In this document: positions 1 to 11,032 of the stretch, piece by piece | How positions within the stretch are numbered: position 1 is the stretch's first letter | How the letters are laid out: the number at the start of each line of letters is the position of its first letter | DNA from: Carpediemonas membranifera BICM | Taxonomy: Eukaryota; Protista; Fornicata | Direction of reading: 5' to 3' | Assembly: GCA_019828565.1 (NCBI GenBank) | Contig: JAHDYR010000012.1 | Coordinates: forward strand, 62,001 to 126,000 | Length of the DNA: 64,000 nt | Translations under genes and position numbers: made by a program | The notes under the pieces: model-generated | The model's input: the letters and a program-made list of their open reading frames with translations, nothing else | What the model was told of the DNA's origin: nothing | Database searches by the model: none

Positions 1-570
1 ATGTGTGCAAGGCTGGGGTGGTTGCGGACGCGCTCGAAAACGTCGGGAAGGCGAGGGCTAGCAGGCGAACTGTGCCGTTCGGGCGCTGCGTGTATTTGAG
101 AGCAGCCTGGTCCTCGGCGGCGAGCTGACTGTGGTGTACCGAGAAGGTCAACTTGCAGGTTGCTCTGGACTTGAGGAGGCGGAGCTCTGGCGCGACTGTG
201 TCTGGTACGACGAGGAAAAGTGATGCCGGCCAGGCTCTTGGGGGGAACGTAGTCGGGGTCCCTGGGGTCGACATCAAGCGCTGGCATATCTTCGGGATGA
301 GGCTCGGGTGTGGGGCAGCGAACATGCGTTTGTCCGTCCAGTCCCTCTCCAGCCCATCGGGCCAACCCTGCTTGGCGAAGCCTGGCAGGGCCAGAGAGCG
401 GTCTGGGTGTGCAGTCGCATCTGAGTCGACCGGCCCCCACCTCAGCATCATGATCTCCAATATATGGCGTGGTGTGTGGAGGGGCTCTAGCGGCACGCCT
501 CGTGAGAGCCTGTCGGCCGTAATGTTGAGGTGTCCTGGTGTGTGGCGTGCCTTTGTCGCGGGGCTCCAGA
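1..570 (-). mobile_element. DIRS-order (YR) retrotransposon fragment: RNase H C-terminus and methyltransferase-like domain
   Basis: Minus strand reads ARHTPGHLNITADRLSR (RNase H end), then WGPVDSDATA...DGLERDWTDKRMFAAPHPSLIPKI, matching the same modules in the other YR elements here. Confidence 0.75.
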
Positions 571-575
571 ATGGT

Positions 576-1050
576 TGTGGCCATTATTGCCACCAAGCAG
601 GTTTACTCTCTTAAATAGTTCCGACACAAAGTGATCACTTTTCGAAGGAAAGATGGTTAACATCTCTGTTGATGTACCATCACTTGATCCGAAGAAACTT
701 ACACTACCTGTGCTAAGAGAGTTCAAGCGTAGCGCACGCATTTGGGTTGCTCAGAACGATGACTTCCCTGTTGGCGTCCTACTGCCGGAGTCCCTCCAGA
801 AAGCTGCCGAGGAGCATTATGACGGTAAGAGCATTGAAGACCTGTCGCTCGATAACATCATCAGTTACCTCCGCAGTGAGGCCATTCCCAAGTCTCTCCC
901 GGCCCTGAAGGAGGCGATCGATGTAATCGACTGCCCCCTTACGTCGAAGGGACTCAACCGATCAGCCGCAATGCGTGCCTATTGCGCTGACTTCACCGAG
1001 TATGCCGACTTGGTCCTAGAGGTAGCGATGAAAGAAACTGCCGATTAAGG
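576..1050 (+). mobile_element. Ty3/Gypsy 5' fragment: short LTR (about 576-628), palindrome 628-641, truncated gag 653-1048
   Basis: TG..CA segment followed by AAAGTGATCACTTT; ORF 653-1048 aligns with the gag N-termini at 21707(-), 43850 and 63421; LTR start uncertain (no second copy). Confidence 0.65.
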
Positions 1051-1054
1051 TGAA

Positions 1055-2500
1055 TCACTCTGTCCGACCTGAGGACTCTGTGGAAAACGTCCTGAACGCC
1101 ATCACATTGAACCGTAGGCGTCCTCTGTCCTGTAGGTGAAGTAGGTGGGCCAGATCTGAGCTCGAAGCCGGGACGGAGAGACGGAGTTTCCAGGACGTCC
1201 AACTCTTGAGGAGTCTCATCTCCGGCGCTTGAACCTCTGGGTAGAGGAGAAAGACTGCTGAGGTCCAAGACCTCGGGTGTCCAGTCTGAGTCTGAACTCT
1301 CGCTGTCGCTATCTTTTGGACTATGGCTGCCATAGACGAATTGGGGGCCCAGAGGACGCGACATCCAAGCCTTACGTCTACGTCCGTTGAGACTGTCTGG
1401 AATGGACCCACTCCGCGAGGACAGATTCCATGCTGGACTCCAGAGAGGAAGGGAGTCGTGAGAAGTCTCTGGACAGCCGATCTGCTGCCAGGTTGATGAT
1501 GCCCGGAGTGTGTAGTCCACGGAGTGTCAGGTTCCGGTCCTCCGCCTCCTTCTGGATCTGGGCTAGAATGTGCAGGGCCTGAGGTGGAGCCTTCGTACAC
1601 CCCGCCTTGTTGAGCCAGTCCAGAGCTGATGTGTTGTCTGAGAAGATCGATAGCTCGTGTTGGGAACTCTGTCTGCCGATCAGACGGATGCCCTGTAGGA
1701 TTCCCGCGAGCTCCTTCACGTTGATAGATTCTGCTCTTAGTTCTGGAGTGAACGTGCCCGAGGCTGAGGTCCCGTACTCGCCGTGCGCGGCTGCTCCCCA
1801 CTTGACTCCAGATGCGTCTGTCGATACGACGAGGTCTAGGGAGGGGTGAGCGCCCCAAAGCGACTGAAGCTCTCTGATGTCTCGGACTGGGCGCTCTCTT
1901 AGCAGTAGCAGCCACTCTTGCAGTAGCTCCTTGGAGAGTGGGTCCTGTTGAAGGTGTCTCAGCCGGAGGAAAGCCCCGTGGGCGGTTGTAGCGAAGTAAG
2001 TCAGTCTCCCGAGGATCTTGGCCCAAGTCTCCTGATCGATGGTCTTGCCTGCCAGAGCCTGATGAATGTGAGAGGAGTAACGTTTGGCCTTGTCCGCCGG
2101 GAGGCGTATTGTAAAACTCGCGGAGTCTATCACGAGCCCCAGATAGATCAATGACTGAGTCGGTGCCCATTCTGACTTCTCGTCTGAGGTGAGGACACAG
2201 AGGTCGGCTAGAGTCCGCCTGATGCGCGGCACCGCCCTCCTCAGGATTTCTCGGTCGTGGTGAAATAAGAGGAAGTCGTCGAGGTAGACAACGATGGTAA
2301 GACCCGTCCGAAGGGCTAGTATCTCCTCTTGTTGCGGATTGGGCGTGCCCGTGTCTTCTTCGGGCATCTTTCGAATTCTGCCATATCCTGCACATCTGGT
2401 CGAATCAATCCAACGATCAATAGTCTCCGGCCCGCGCTCCCCGCGGGACCCTCCGACCCTCAGCACCCCGGGTGCCCTGGTCGAGTGCTGCTCGCCTATA
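1055..2500 (-). mobile_element. Internally deleted DIRS-order element (gag start fused to RT; RNase H; YR N-terminal remnant)
   Basis: ORF 1378-2577 has MPEEDT.. joined directly to IVVYLDD, then STDASGVKWG, INVKEL, FSDNTSAL, HTPGIINLAADRLSR. Confidence 0.8.
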
Positions 2501-2503
2501 TGG

Positions 2504-2543
2504 CAACGACCGCAAAGAGTGATATAAAATTCGAGCGATGCAG
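2504..2543. repeat. 40-bp target-site duplication, left copy (tRNA-Arg 3' end plus trailer)
   Basis: CAACGACCGCAAAGAGTGATATAAAATTCGAGCGATGCAG is identical at 10043-10082. Confidence 0.9.
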
Positions 2544-5500
2544 CATCAGAGAATGTCGGTAGATCACCGACGATCACAAGAAGGAGGTGGGAGAATCATC
2601 TTCACAAGGTCTCCTGATGTGCCTGGTGGTACATTAGGGATCCAGGAGGAGCTTCTCCACGTTATCTCCGAAATCCGCAAAAATTTCGCACAATACGTCC
2701 CTGATGAGGTCGTGAACGACTTCAACAGTAATCAGGAACTATTTGACGCTTTGCAGAACGAAGCAAACGTTAGAACTTGGCTTGGAGACGGGAAGTCCCG
2801 TAAGAACAAACGTCTGACTCTCGCAAAACTGCGGGAGATCCTCGACAGAATTCGTGCAGTTGCCGTGGCATACGAGGGTCGCAATGCGCCCAACGTCACG
2901 AAGTCTCGCATGACAATGATCGATACAGCGCCTGCTCATGCAGCCGAAGTCGTGAGGACTGTCGCCCGGATCGCTGGTGCGCCTGTTGGGTCAACCGACA
3001 CCGCCCGCGCCCTCAGCCCTTCACCCCAGACTCAGTCTGCCCCCGTCCCCCGCCCGCCGATTCCGAGCCAACCGCCGGCTCCGAGTCAGACCCCTCAACG
3101 CCCAGCAAGCCAGGCAAGCGAGGGCCCGTCCAGCGTTACACTCGACGCGTCCCAGACGCCAGAGTTCAATCAGCGCAGAGCGACGGCCCCCGTCCGCCCA
3201 GACTGTTTCCTCGACCCAGCGAAGGCCCTCTTCCTGGGTAAGCTCGCCCCACCCAAGCGCCGTCGCGCCGGGTTCGCGGAGGGCTTGATCAGCCGCCTGA
3301 AGGCAATCGCCGACGCCGAAGGCACGGACGCCAAACTTGCTGCCGCCGCGAGACTGTGCTCGTACGCGCAGACCTTGTACGCACCCCCGAAGGTCTCGGC
3401 TCGCAGGCCGAGAGCCAACCGCACAAGGCGCGCGTGGAACTTGGCCATACTTGGCTTCATCTCCAAGGCAGTGACAACGATCACGGGGTCGGAGACGACC
3501 CTCACGCCTGACGAGATCAATCAGTCTCTGAAGGAGAAGCTGTCTTCTCCGACAGGGCTTGTGCCGAACATATCCCTCCCCGACGTGCCGGCGAACCCGC
3601 TCAGTGCCATCACGGTCTCGCGCAAGCAGATCAAGGCCGCACTCATGAGCCTTTCGCCGGAATCCGCCCCTGGACCGTCGGGCCTGTCAGCGCTACACCT
3701 GCGCATTGCCGCGAGCGTGAGGCGTGGAGACCTCGTAGCCGCCTTGGAGCCTGTCTTGCAGGACATCCTGGACGGTGAGGAGTACACGTCGATCTTCGCA
3801 CACGCGATCCTGGTGCCGGTGCCGAAGGATTGCGGTGGGGTCCGCCCTGTCGCAATAGGCGAGGTGCTGCGCCGGCTGGCGGCTAAGGTCGCCGCAACAG
3901 TCGTCTTCCCAAGGCTTGTCGTCGAGGATGAGTTGATGGGGGACCAATTCGGGCTTGGCGAATCAGCCGGCCTGGAGCGGCTGGCGACGGCCACGCTGAA
4001 CGAGTACATGAACGGGAGCACCATCGTGACGTTGAACATGTCCAACGCGTATGGCACGATGTCCCGAGATTATCTCGTGAAGGTGGTCGAGGCATATATT
4101 CCCGTACTCGGCCCCTACCTCCGCCGAATGTACGCCAGCGGCTTGCTGCTGACGACGACTGGCGAGGTGTGGGCCTCGGAGGAGGGCATCCACCAGGGTG
4201 ATCCTCTCTCCCCACTCCTCTTCTCGCTGGGCATGTTCCCTCTGCTGACGCAGTTGCGCGGGGAATTCCCGGACTTCACTGTTCGCGGATACCAGGATGA
4301 CGTTTCGGCGTCCATCCCGAGCCCCCCTGCAAGACTACGAGACGGGCCGGAAGGCGAATTCATTCGTCTCTCGGTCGGAGCAGCTCTTTGCGAGTGTTGG
4401 GATGCCGTTGAACCGGTCCAAGTGTGCGGTCGCTCATCGCGAGTCGCGGGACGACAACAACGCTTCGGACCAGGTGACGCGGGCGCAGTCTTTCAAGCTG
4501 GTGGGTATCCCCATCTCCGTCTCCTCAGCCTTCCACGTTGAGTGCTGTACCAAGATCCTGAAGAAGGTGAAGGCCGTGCTCGACGCCGCCAAGGAGCTCT
4601 GCCGGGAGATCGGGTCGAAGGCCACGGCGGTGGCTCTGACGATTGTCAGGGTGTCTGCGCTCACCATCCCCATACATTTCTACCGCAACGTTCTCCCCAC
4701 GATCAAGTCTACCACAGGCCAGGGCAATTTGCTGGGCAAGACGGCCGTCTTTGAACGGCAGTGTATTGCCCCAGCCGTCTTGGACATCCTGCAAGACAAG
4801 ATCACCGATGCGGAAGAGATGAAGAAGTTCTGCCGGCGGCTAGGGCTGCCGGTGCATGCGGGCGGTCTCGGCTTGCCGATGCCGCTCGATGTCTGGGCTC
4901 CCGCCTACCTGGGGGCCTCCCGGCATCTGCTGGAGTTTGGCCTCAGCCGGCCCGACCTGGATAAGGTCCTCGCGCTGGGCGCCAACGCGAAGGATTGGCC
5001 CAAGGATGAGGCAGCGCTGAAGGCGGTCGGCAAGGACAAGCCGCAGCACGAGTTGGTGTGCCTGTTGAAGGAACATAATTTCAACACCAACCCTGCGGTG
5101 AAGGACAGCGTCGTCGCGCCCAACATCATCAGCGCTATGCTCAAGTCCGACCCAGTCTCTGTCACGAGGCAGTCGAACCGCCACGAGGTCGACCGGGCCA
5201 TGATCGCCGACCACCTGGGCCGGCCCGCCTTTAGCGACGCGGCTGGAGTGTGCCCGATCTGCTCTGAGAAGCACAGTCGTACTGTGGCTATGAAGGGCTG
5301 GTCGCACGCGGTGGTGTGCCCGTGCCTACGCGGTGACGCAAAGGTGCAGCGGCATGACGCCATCCGGGACGAAGTGATCAGGACCCTCAAGGAGGAGGGC
5401 GTGGCAGCCAGGCCTGAGAGGTGGCTGACGCCGAAGTCTGCAGAGGCGAAGCATCCTTTGCGGCCGTACAGAGTGCGCATGGACGTCGAAGTCAGGCCCG

Positions 5501-6083
5501 ACGAGGGCGGTGTGAAACCCGTCATTGACATCGTCTGCTCGGACTACGTCTCCGACGCGCGGGCTGATAAGGTGAAGCAGTATCAGCACTTCAACGTTGA
5601 TATGGTGCCTGCTGTTGTCAGTTCGAGCGGCCGTTGCGCGCCCTGGAAGGCTGGCGGTGTGCCCTGGCCAGAGAGGCTGGTCGAGATGAAGCTGCTGGAC
5701 AACGCGGCCAAGGATCGTCTCGTGGACCGGGTTTTCGTTGCCAATTGGAAGTGGCAGTGCAGAGCCATCGTGGATTGGCTGACACAAGCCCAAGCTGCTC
5801 GCGAACGCGCGGCTGCTGCTGGGCAGGACATTGTGAGTGAGTAAGAACGGGAATGCCACAACATTTCGCTGTTTTGATCTCACTTTGGTTACTTTCGTTG
5901 TCTTTTGCGGAGAAGTAGCTCCTTTCAAGGAGTTTTGGTACGTTTTGTGCGAGTGGATGCGTGAAATTGCGCAAAATCGAGCCTTGGTGCTCAGATGCGC
6001 GCTGCTGCTGAAAGTGAACGCAAACCGTGTTCCTTTACGCCGTTTAACGCAGTAAGCCGCGAGAGCGCCATCGACGACCGAGT
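2544..6083 (+). mobile_element. CRE/SLACS-like non-LTR retrotransposon (RT plus C-terminal restriction-like endonuclease)
   Basis: ORFs 2538-4541 and 4297-5844 (one frameshift): SAPGPSG, RPVAIGEVLRRLAAK, GIHQGDPLSPLLF, YQDD, LPVHAGGLG, CPIC..H..C, RHDAIRD, RMDV..IDI..K..QY; bounded by the 40-bp TSD; its last few bases lie at 10040-10042 after a nested YR element. Confidence 0.85.
2553..5844 (+). pseudogene. RT-REL polyprotein, frameshifted near 4330, with D>N in the first RT catalytic motif (TLNMSNAY)
   Basis: Two overlapping ORFs give a continuous RT, thumb, CCHC, REL order. Confidence 0.75.
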
Positions 6084-6195
6084 CGGGTAGTACCCCAGCT
6101 CATTGTCGCAAGGGCGACGGGACGTGGGCGAGGCCGGCAATCGCCGGATGCCCGCGTCATTGGTCAAGATTGGTCGGCGCAGTTTATGCGGCCAG

Positions 6196-6777
6196 ATGAC
6201 GAACGATTCGCAGCCGGTGGCTGCGACGGCCGAGGAAGTGGCAGAACTGCGTACCACGGTGCAGGAGATGCAGAAAGCTCAGGAGAGATCCACCAAGATC
6301 CTCGAGAGGATGGCCGCCGCAAGCGCCGAATCTGAAGCGGATTTCCACGAGGAACTGGCGTTTGAAGAAGATGAACAAGACCCCATCATGGCTTCCCTTT
6401 CATACATTGAGGCCATGACCGAGCTGCCGAAGAAGCGCCCTCTTCTGGAGGAGGCGAAGTTCCTTCGGAAGGTTCAAACGATCCTCACCTCTTCTACAGA
6501 CACGAAACTCCTCAAGCGCCTTTCCCCCCTCCTCTCCGCCCGGCGTAGAGCTCTGATGATGAAGGATGAAGATTACAACGACGTCACAGTCACCTACTTT
6601 CAGAACCAGGTATGGAAGGCCATCGCGGACAAAGGAACCCTCGACGAGTCCCAGATCGAGTCCTTCGAGCTCAAGTCTAAGATTCACGGAGCCAAGCGAA
6701 AGGGCGACAAGTTTCAGCCTCCGGGAGGCGGGGGCCGAGGCGGCAGCTCTCGCGGTCGCAACCGGCAGTCAAACTAA
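6196..6777 (+). CDS. Gag-like ORF1 of YR element
   Basis: First ORF starting within repeat A; coiled N-terminus and basic RG-rich tail; same position as ORFs 10287, 23301, 27735. Confidence 0.65.
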   Translation: MTNDSQPVAATAEEVAELRTTVQEMQKAQERSTKILERMAAASAESEADFHEELAFEEDEQDPIMASLSYIEAMTELPKKRPLLEEAKFLRKVQTILTSSTDTKLLKRLSPLLSARRRALMMKDEDYNDVTVTYFQNQVWKAIADKGTLDESQIESFELKSKIHGAKRKGDKFQPPGGGGRGGSSRGRNRQSN

Positions 6778-6812
6778 CCGAGAACCACCTCTTCCCATCG
6801 ATAACTGGCGAC

Positions 6813-8713
6813 GTGTGGCGACTCTTGGAGCGCTTCGGCGCCTCAGAGCACGTCGTCAGCCTACTCAGAGACGGCGTTCCAATATCACTGACCGCGCCTC
6901 CGTCGGCGGCCGCACCACAGACGCGACTGGACCCACGTGTTCGGGCCAAGCTCCAACAGCTGGTGAACGAGGGCATTCTCCGCAGAACGACCCTGCAGTC
7001 CCTCCGCCATTCGGCCCCGATCTTCCCTGTTTCGAAAGGCTCGGACGACATCCGAGTAATACACGACCTCCGAGAACTCAACACCGTGACGGAGGAGACC
7101 CGAGTCTTCCGCCTCTTCGGCATCAAACGTGCTTTGGCGACGCTCACGGCCGGGGACTGGATGACGAAGATCGACCTCCGCTCGGGGTACTCTCAAGTCC
7201 CAGTCAGGGAGCAGGACAGGACACTTCTGGGCGTGGTCACTCCGGAGGGCGAGGCATTCTGCTACACTGGACTCCCCTTCGGTTGGACCGCGGCTCCGTT
7301 CTACTTTCAGACAATAACCATCCAGGCCGCAAAGATCATCGCCAGGCGCCTCCAGATCCACGTTTGCGTGTATCTAGACGACTTCCTCCTATCGTCTGCG
7401 CGCAAGGAGCACCTGGCATGGGCAACACACGAGGCCCTCGAGCTCATGCGCTCCCTCGGCCTCATTCCGGGGCTGGACAAGTGTATTCTTCAGCCTACAC
7501 GCTGCTTGGAGTACCTCGGCCTCCTCATCAATACGGAAAACACTTCAGTGCGCCTTTCCAGCGACAAGGCGCGCAAGTATCAGCAGACGTTGATATCCGC
7601 GTTGGAGAGCGACTCCATCAGCGCCGTCGACTACTCCAAGATCCTAGGGCGTCTTCTCCTTCTTCGCTTCCGCAGCGCATGCAGCACAGCTCAAGCTGCG
7701 GCCGTTGCAAGCAAGACAGCCGAGAGGCAGAGTACCTTTGGATGCAGCCCTCAAGCAAGAGCTCGCCCAGTGGGTCTCACTGCTGCAGCAGCGCCCAGCC
7801 AAGTCATTTATCGAGCTCAGGGCCCTCTGGGACATGACAGGCTCCCTGGAGATGACAGTGGCGTCCGACGCATCCAGCTTCGGCTGGGGGCCAGAGTATA
7901 CCTCGGAGAGAACAACAGATCGGCGCATGGGCACTTCCCCCGCACATAGTGAACGCCCACATCTGCACAAAGGAGCTTTTCGCAGTCGTTCGGGGCGTCG
8001 AACTCATCTCTCCACAGCCGCAGGTGCGCACCCTGACAGTTTTCTGCGACAACTCGGCCGTAGTCTCGTGGGTCAACAAGGGCGGATCGACAAGAGCAGA
8101 CCAGACAGTCATGAGCCTTCTCCACGAGCTGCAACAACACCTCGACAGCAGAAACCTCGTGGCTCGATGTCTTCACATCGCAGGACACCTCAACGTGGAG
8201 CCGGACAGGCTGAGCCGGTTCATGAAGCTCGAGTGGTCGACCCCGCGTTCAGTCCTCGAGCGAATCCAGCGCAACTGGGGACCAGTGCAGGTCGACGCGA
8301 CCGCCGCTCCCACTCGCCGCCTGGCCCTCCCAGGATTCGCTCAGCACGGATGGACTCTCGCAGAACACGGCCTGTCTCGGGACTGGACGGGGATGAGAGT
8401 CTTCGCAGCTCCTCCAGTAGCGATGATTCCAGCGACATATCTGCATATTCGGACGATTCGGTCGCCGACCCAGACTGGATCCCCTCAGACGTGGAGGTCA
8501 GCTGCGATAATAGTGACTCCGGACATCCCGTCACCAGAACTCCGCCGCTTGCTAGCCCTCTCATCAGTTCCCAAGATGTACTTCAGAGTGAACCAAGATC
8601 TTCTGTCGGACTCCGAGCTGTCGCGGCTGGCCGAGAGGGGCAGGATAAGGCTCATCGCGATGATCATCAGGACTTCGAGTTCCTCCTCCACCACGACAGG
8701 CTCTCACATCTGA
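6813..8713 (+). pseudogene. RT / RNase H / methyltransferase-like ORF (frameshifted)
   Basis: IRVIHDLRELN, IDLRSGYSQ, LPFGW, YLDD, SDASSFGWG, CDNSAVV, HIAGHLNVEPDRLSR, DWTGMRVFAAPP across three frames. Confidence 0.85.
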
Positions 8714-9632
8714 GCCTAGAGGCGTCACGCAGGGCAGTCGCGGGCTACCTCGTCAAGTTCAACGCGTCGAGAGACACCACGCTATCACACGCGGCGCAGC
8801 TCAGGCAGCACCTCATGAGCGAAGCCAAGACCTCGGGGCCCGACACGATCGGCAAGAAGGGACACTGGATTTGCAAAGCGGCCCCACTGATCTGCGACTG
8901 GACCCCCCGCAGGACAGCAGCGAGATCATTCGATCAGTCCGCAACGTAGCATCCACCACCAGACTGACTGGCGGGGCTCGACCGGTGACGAGCGACATAG
9001 TCCGGTCGGGTTTCCGACGTTGGAAACAAGATCCGAAGACGTTCCAGGCGGTCTTGTTCGCCGCACTCTGCTTCCAAACTGTCAGCCGCGGCAAGGAAAT
9101 CTTCACTCTGACGAGGGGAGACGTGACGTTCAGCCCAGAGGGCGACGCGACGCTGTTCATGGCACGCACCAAGACTACCACAGCGGTGAAGAAGCTCGTG
9201 GTCAACGCCACCTTTGACTCATTCAACATCGCGAAGGCGCTCCAGCTTTGAGTCAACTTGGCCACGAAGCGCGACACGGATTCACTATGGAGGAAGGTCA
9301 ACGGAGACACGATCAGCAAGACAGAGGGGCTGTCAGAAGGCGCAATGAGGCGCTGGATCGCAGCAGTGTTTGGCGACTCCATCACTTGGCACAGCTTCAG
9401 AAAGGGCGCGGCGACCGAGCTCGCCGTCGCCGGCACTCCTGAGCACGTGCTGATGGCACTGGGGAACTGGCGCTCCGCGAAGAGCCTGCTGGCGTACACC
9501 GGCAATGGCATCCGCCAGCACCCCGCGGTCCAGAGAGACATCGCCAGGTCTCTTTTTGGGCAAGCCACTGTAAACATTCGATGGGATGTTTATGGTGCAG
9601 GCTGTTGCGACCTCACGGGAGGTGACAGCTAG
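8370..9632 (+). pseudogene. Tyrosine recombinase (interrupted)
   Basis: TVSRGKEI, TKT, WHSFRKG, GNW, LLAY catalytic motifs; one frameshift and an in-frame TGA at 9249. Confidence 0.8.
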
Positions 9633-10070
9633 GAGTTAATGATATCTCCTCGGCCGGCGGGACAACCCCGTTGGATCTACAGAGTGTAGAGGGTCAGGTG
9701 GCCCGCGAGTCGGGCGGGTAGTACCCCAGCTCATTGTCGCAAGGGCGACGGGACGTGGGCGAGGCCGGCAATCGCCGGATGCCCGCGTCATTGGTCAAGA
9801 TTGGTCGGCGCAGTTTATGCGGCCAGATGACGAACGATTCGCAGCCGGTGGCTGTAAGAACGCGCTCGGGAGAGCGTCCCTCGTCGGTACGCGAGGGAAA
9901 CCCAAGACTTACTTAGGAGCCGAAGGCGCGTAAGTCTTCGAATATTGACGCGGCGAAACAGGGGTTTCTTGCGTAAATATTCTTTCCCCCCGTTGGATCT
10001 ACAAAGTGTAGAGGGTCAGGTGGCCCGCGAGTCGGGCGGAGTCAACGACCGCAAAGAGTGATATAAAATT

Positions 10071-10144
10071 CGAGCGATGCAGGACTCGAACCTGCAACCA
10101 CCTGATCCGTAGTCAGGTACTCTATCCAATTGAGCCAACCGCCC
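10071..10144 (-). tRNA. tRNA-Arg (anticodon ACG)
   Basis: GGGCGGTTGGCTCAATTGGATAGAGTACCTGACTACGGATCAGGTGGTTGCAGGTTCGAGTCCTGCATCGCTCG folds as a cloverleaf with A and B boxes; no encoded CCA; TTTT terminator downstream. Confidence 0.95.
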
Positions 10145-10286
10145 GATTGGCGGGGCACGCCTTCAATAGGACGTAGGGGTCCTGCGCCGGATACGGTTCG
10201 ATTTGCTGATCTGATTCTGCGAAGAGGATCGAGATCAACTCCGAGCAAGTCAGTTCGGACGAAGGGCAAAGGAATAAGCTTTAGAG

Positions 10287-10805
10287 ATGGCACCGACCAA
10301 CAACGAGACACCTGAGCAACTGCAGGAGACCATTGAGCAACAACGGGACATCGAAGTAACTCCGAAGTCCAACGAGCAACTCGAGCAGGAGCTCAAGACC
10401 TTGCGGGGCCTTATTTCCAACCTTGAGGATGAACGGCGCTCCAACAACTGGACCCCTCCGCATTCGGACTCCATGCGAGGGGAATGGGCCTTCCTTCAGC
10501 GCCTCTACCGAGCCATTCGGTTTGACGCGTCCACCTCATCAACCGAGCTCCTCAACAGGCTCTACTCTCGCCAGAGGGCCCTTGCCATCAAGGACCGCTA
10601 CGGGTTCCACGTAGGCCTGGCGGTGGAAACCGCCACTGACGCTCTGCTCAGCGCTAAGCCAACTGCTACGGAGGCGATCATCGAGGAGAAGATCCTCTCC
10701 ACCCTTTCCAAGATCCCCAGGCTTGGCGACCGCCAGCGTGAACGCGCTTCTTTTCAGCGCTCCCGTCGCCCACCGAAGCGAAGCGGCAAGCCCGCCAGAG
10801 ATTAA
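10287..10805 (+). CDS. Gag-like ORF1 of YR element
   Basis: Position, coiled-coil N-terminus, MRGEWAFL motif resembling MKEEAAFL (27735) and LEEAKFL (6196). Confidence 0.65.
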   Translation: MAPTNNETPEQLQETIEQQRDIEVTPKSNEQLEQELKTLRGLISNLEDERRSNNWTPPHSDSMRGEWAFLQRLYRAIRFDASTSSTELLNRLYSRQRALAIKDRYGFHVGLAVETATDALLSAKPTATEAIIEEKILSTLSKIPRLGDRQRERASFQRSRRPPKRSGKPARD

Positions 10806-11032
10806 GAAAACATCCGAAAAGACTCTCTCTAGGCGATCGCTCTCACTCTCTTGCCTCTCCCCACTCCTCCCCACCTCCCTCTCCGTCCCTACAAGGGCTG
10901 TCTCCCCCTCCGTCACCTCCTCCAGGGCCTCTTCAGCTTCCTCCGTCGCCTCCCGACAGTCAGCACGCCAATCCGACCTTCCCGTCCATCACAGATCATC
11001 AGATCTGGTCAGACTGCGGGGCGCGCTCAGAA

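Larger units (their letters stand above)
6084..10039 (+). mobile_element. Full-length PAT-like tyrosine-recombinase retrotransposon with split direct repeats A1..B1A2..B2
   Basis: A1 6084-6223 = A2 9715-9854 (140 bp); B1 9666-9717 matches B2 9988-10039 (52 bp, 1 mismatch); CGG at both ends and at the B1/A2 junction; gag, RT/RH/MT and YR inside. Confidence 0.9.

Noticed and set aside
2532-2543. Second tRNA gene, or an attL/attR pair
   Set aside because: Only 12 nt of tRNA, within a 40-bp duplication that brackets a non-LTR element; the nested YR element has its own separate CGG ends
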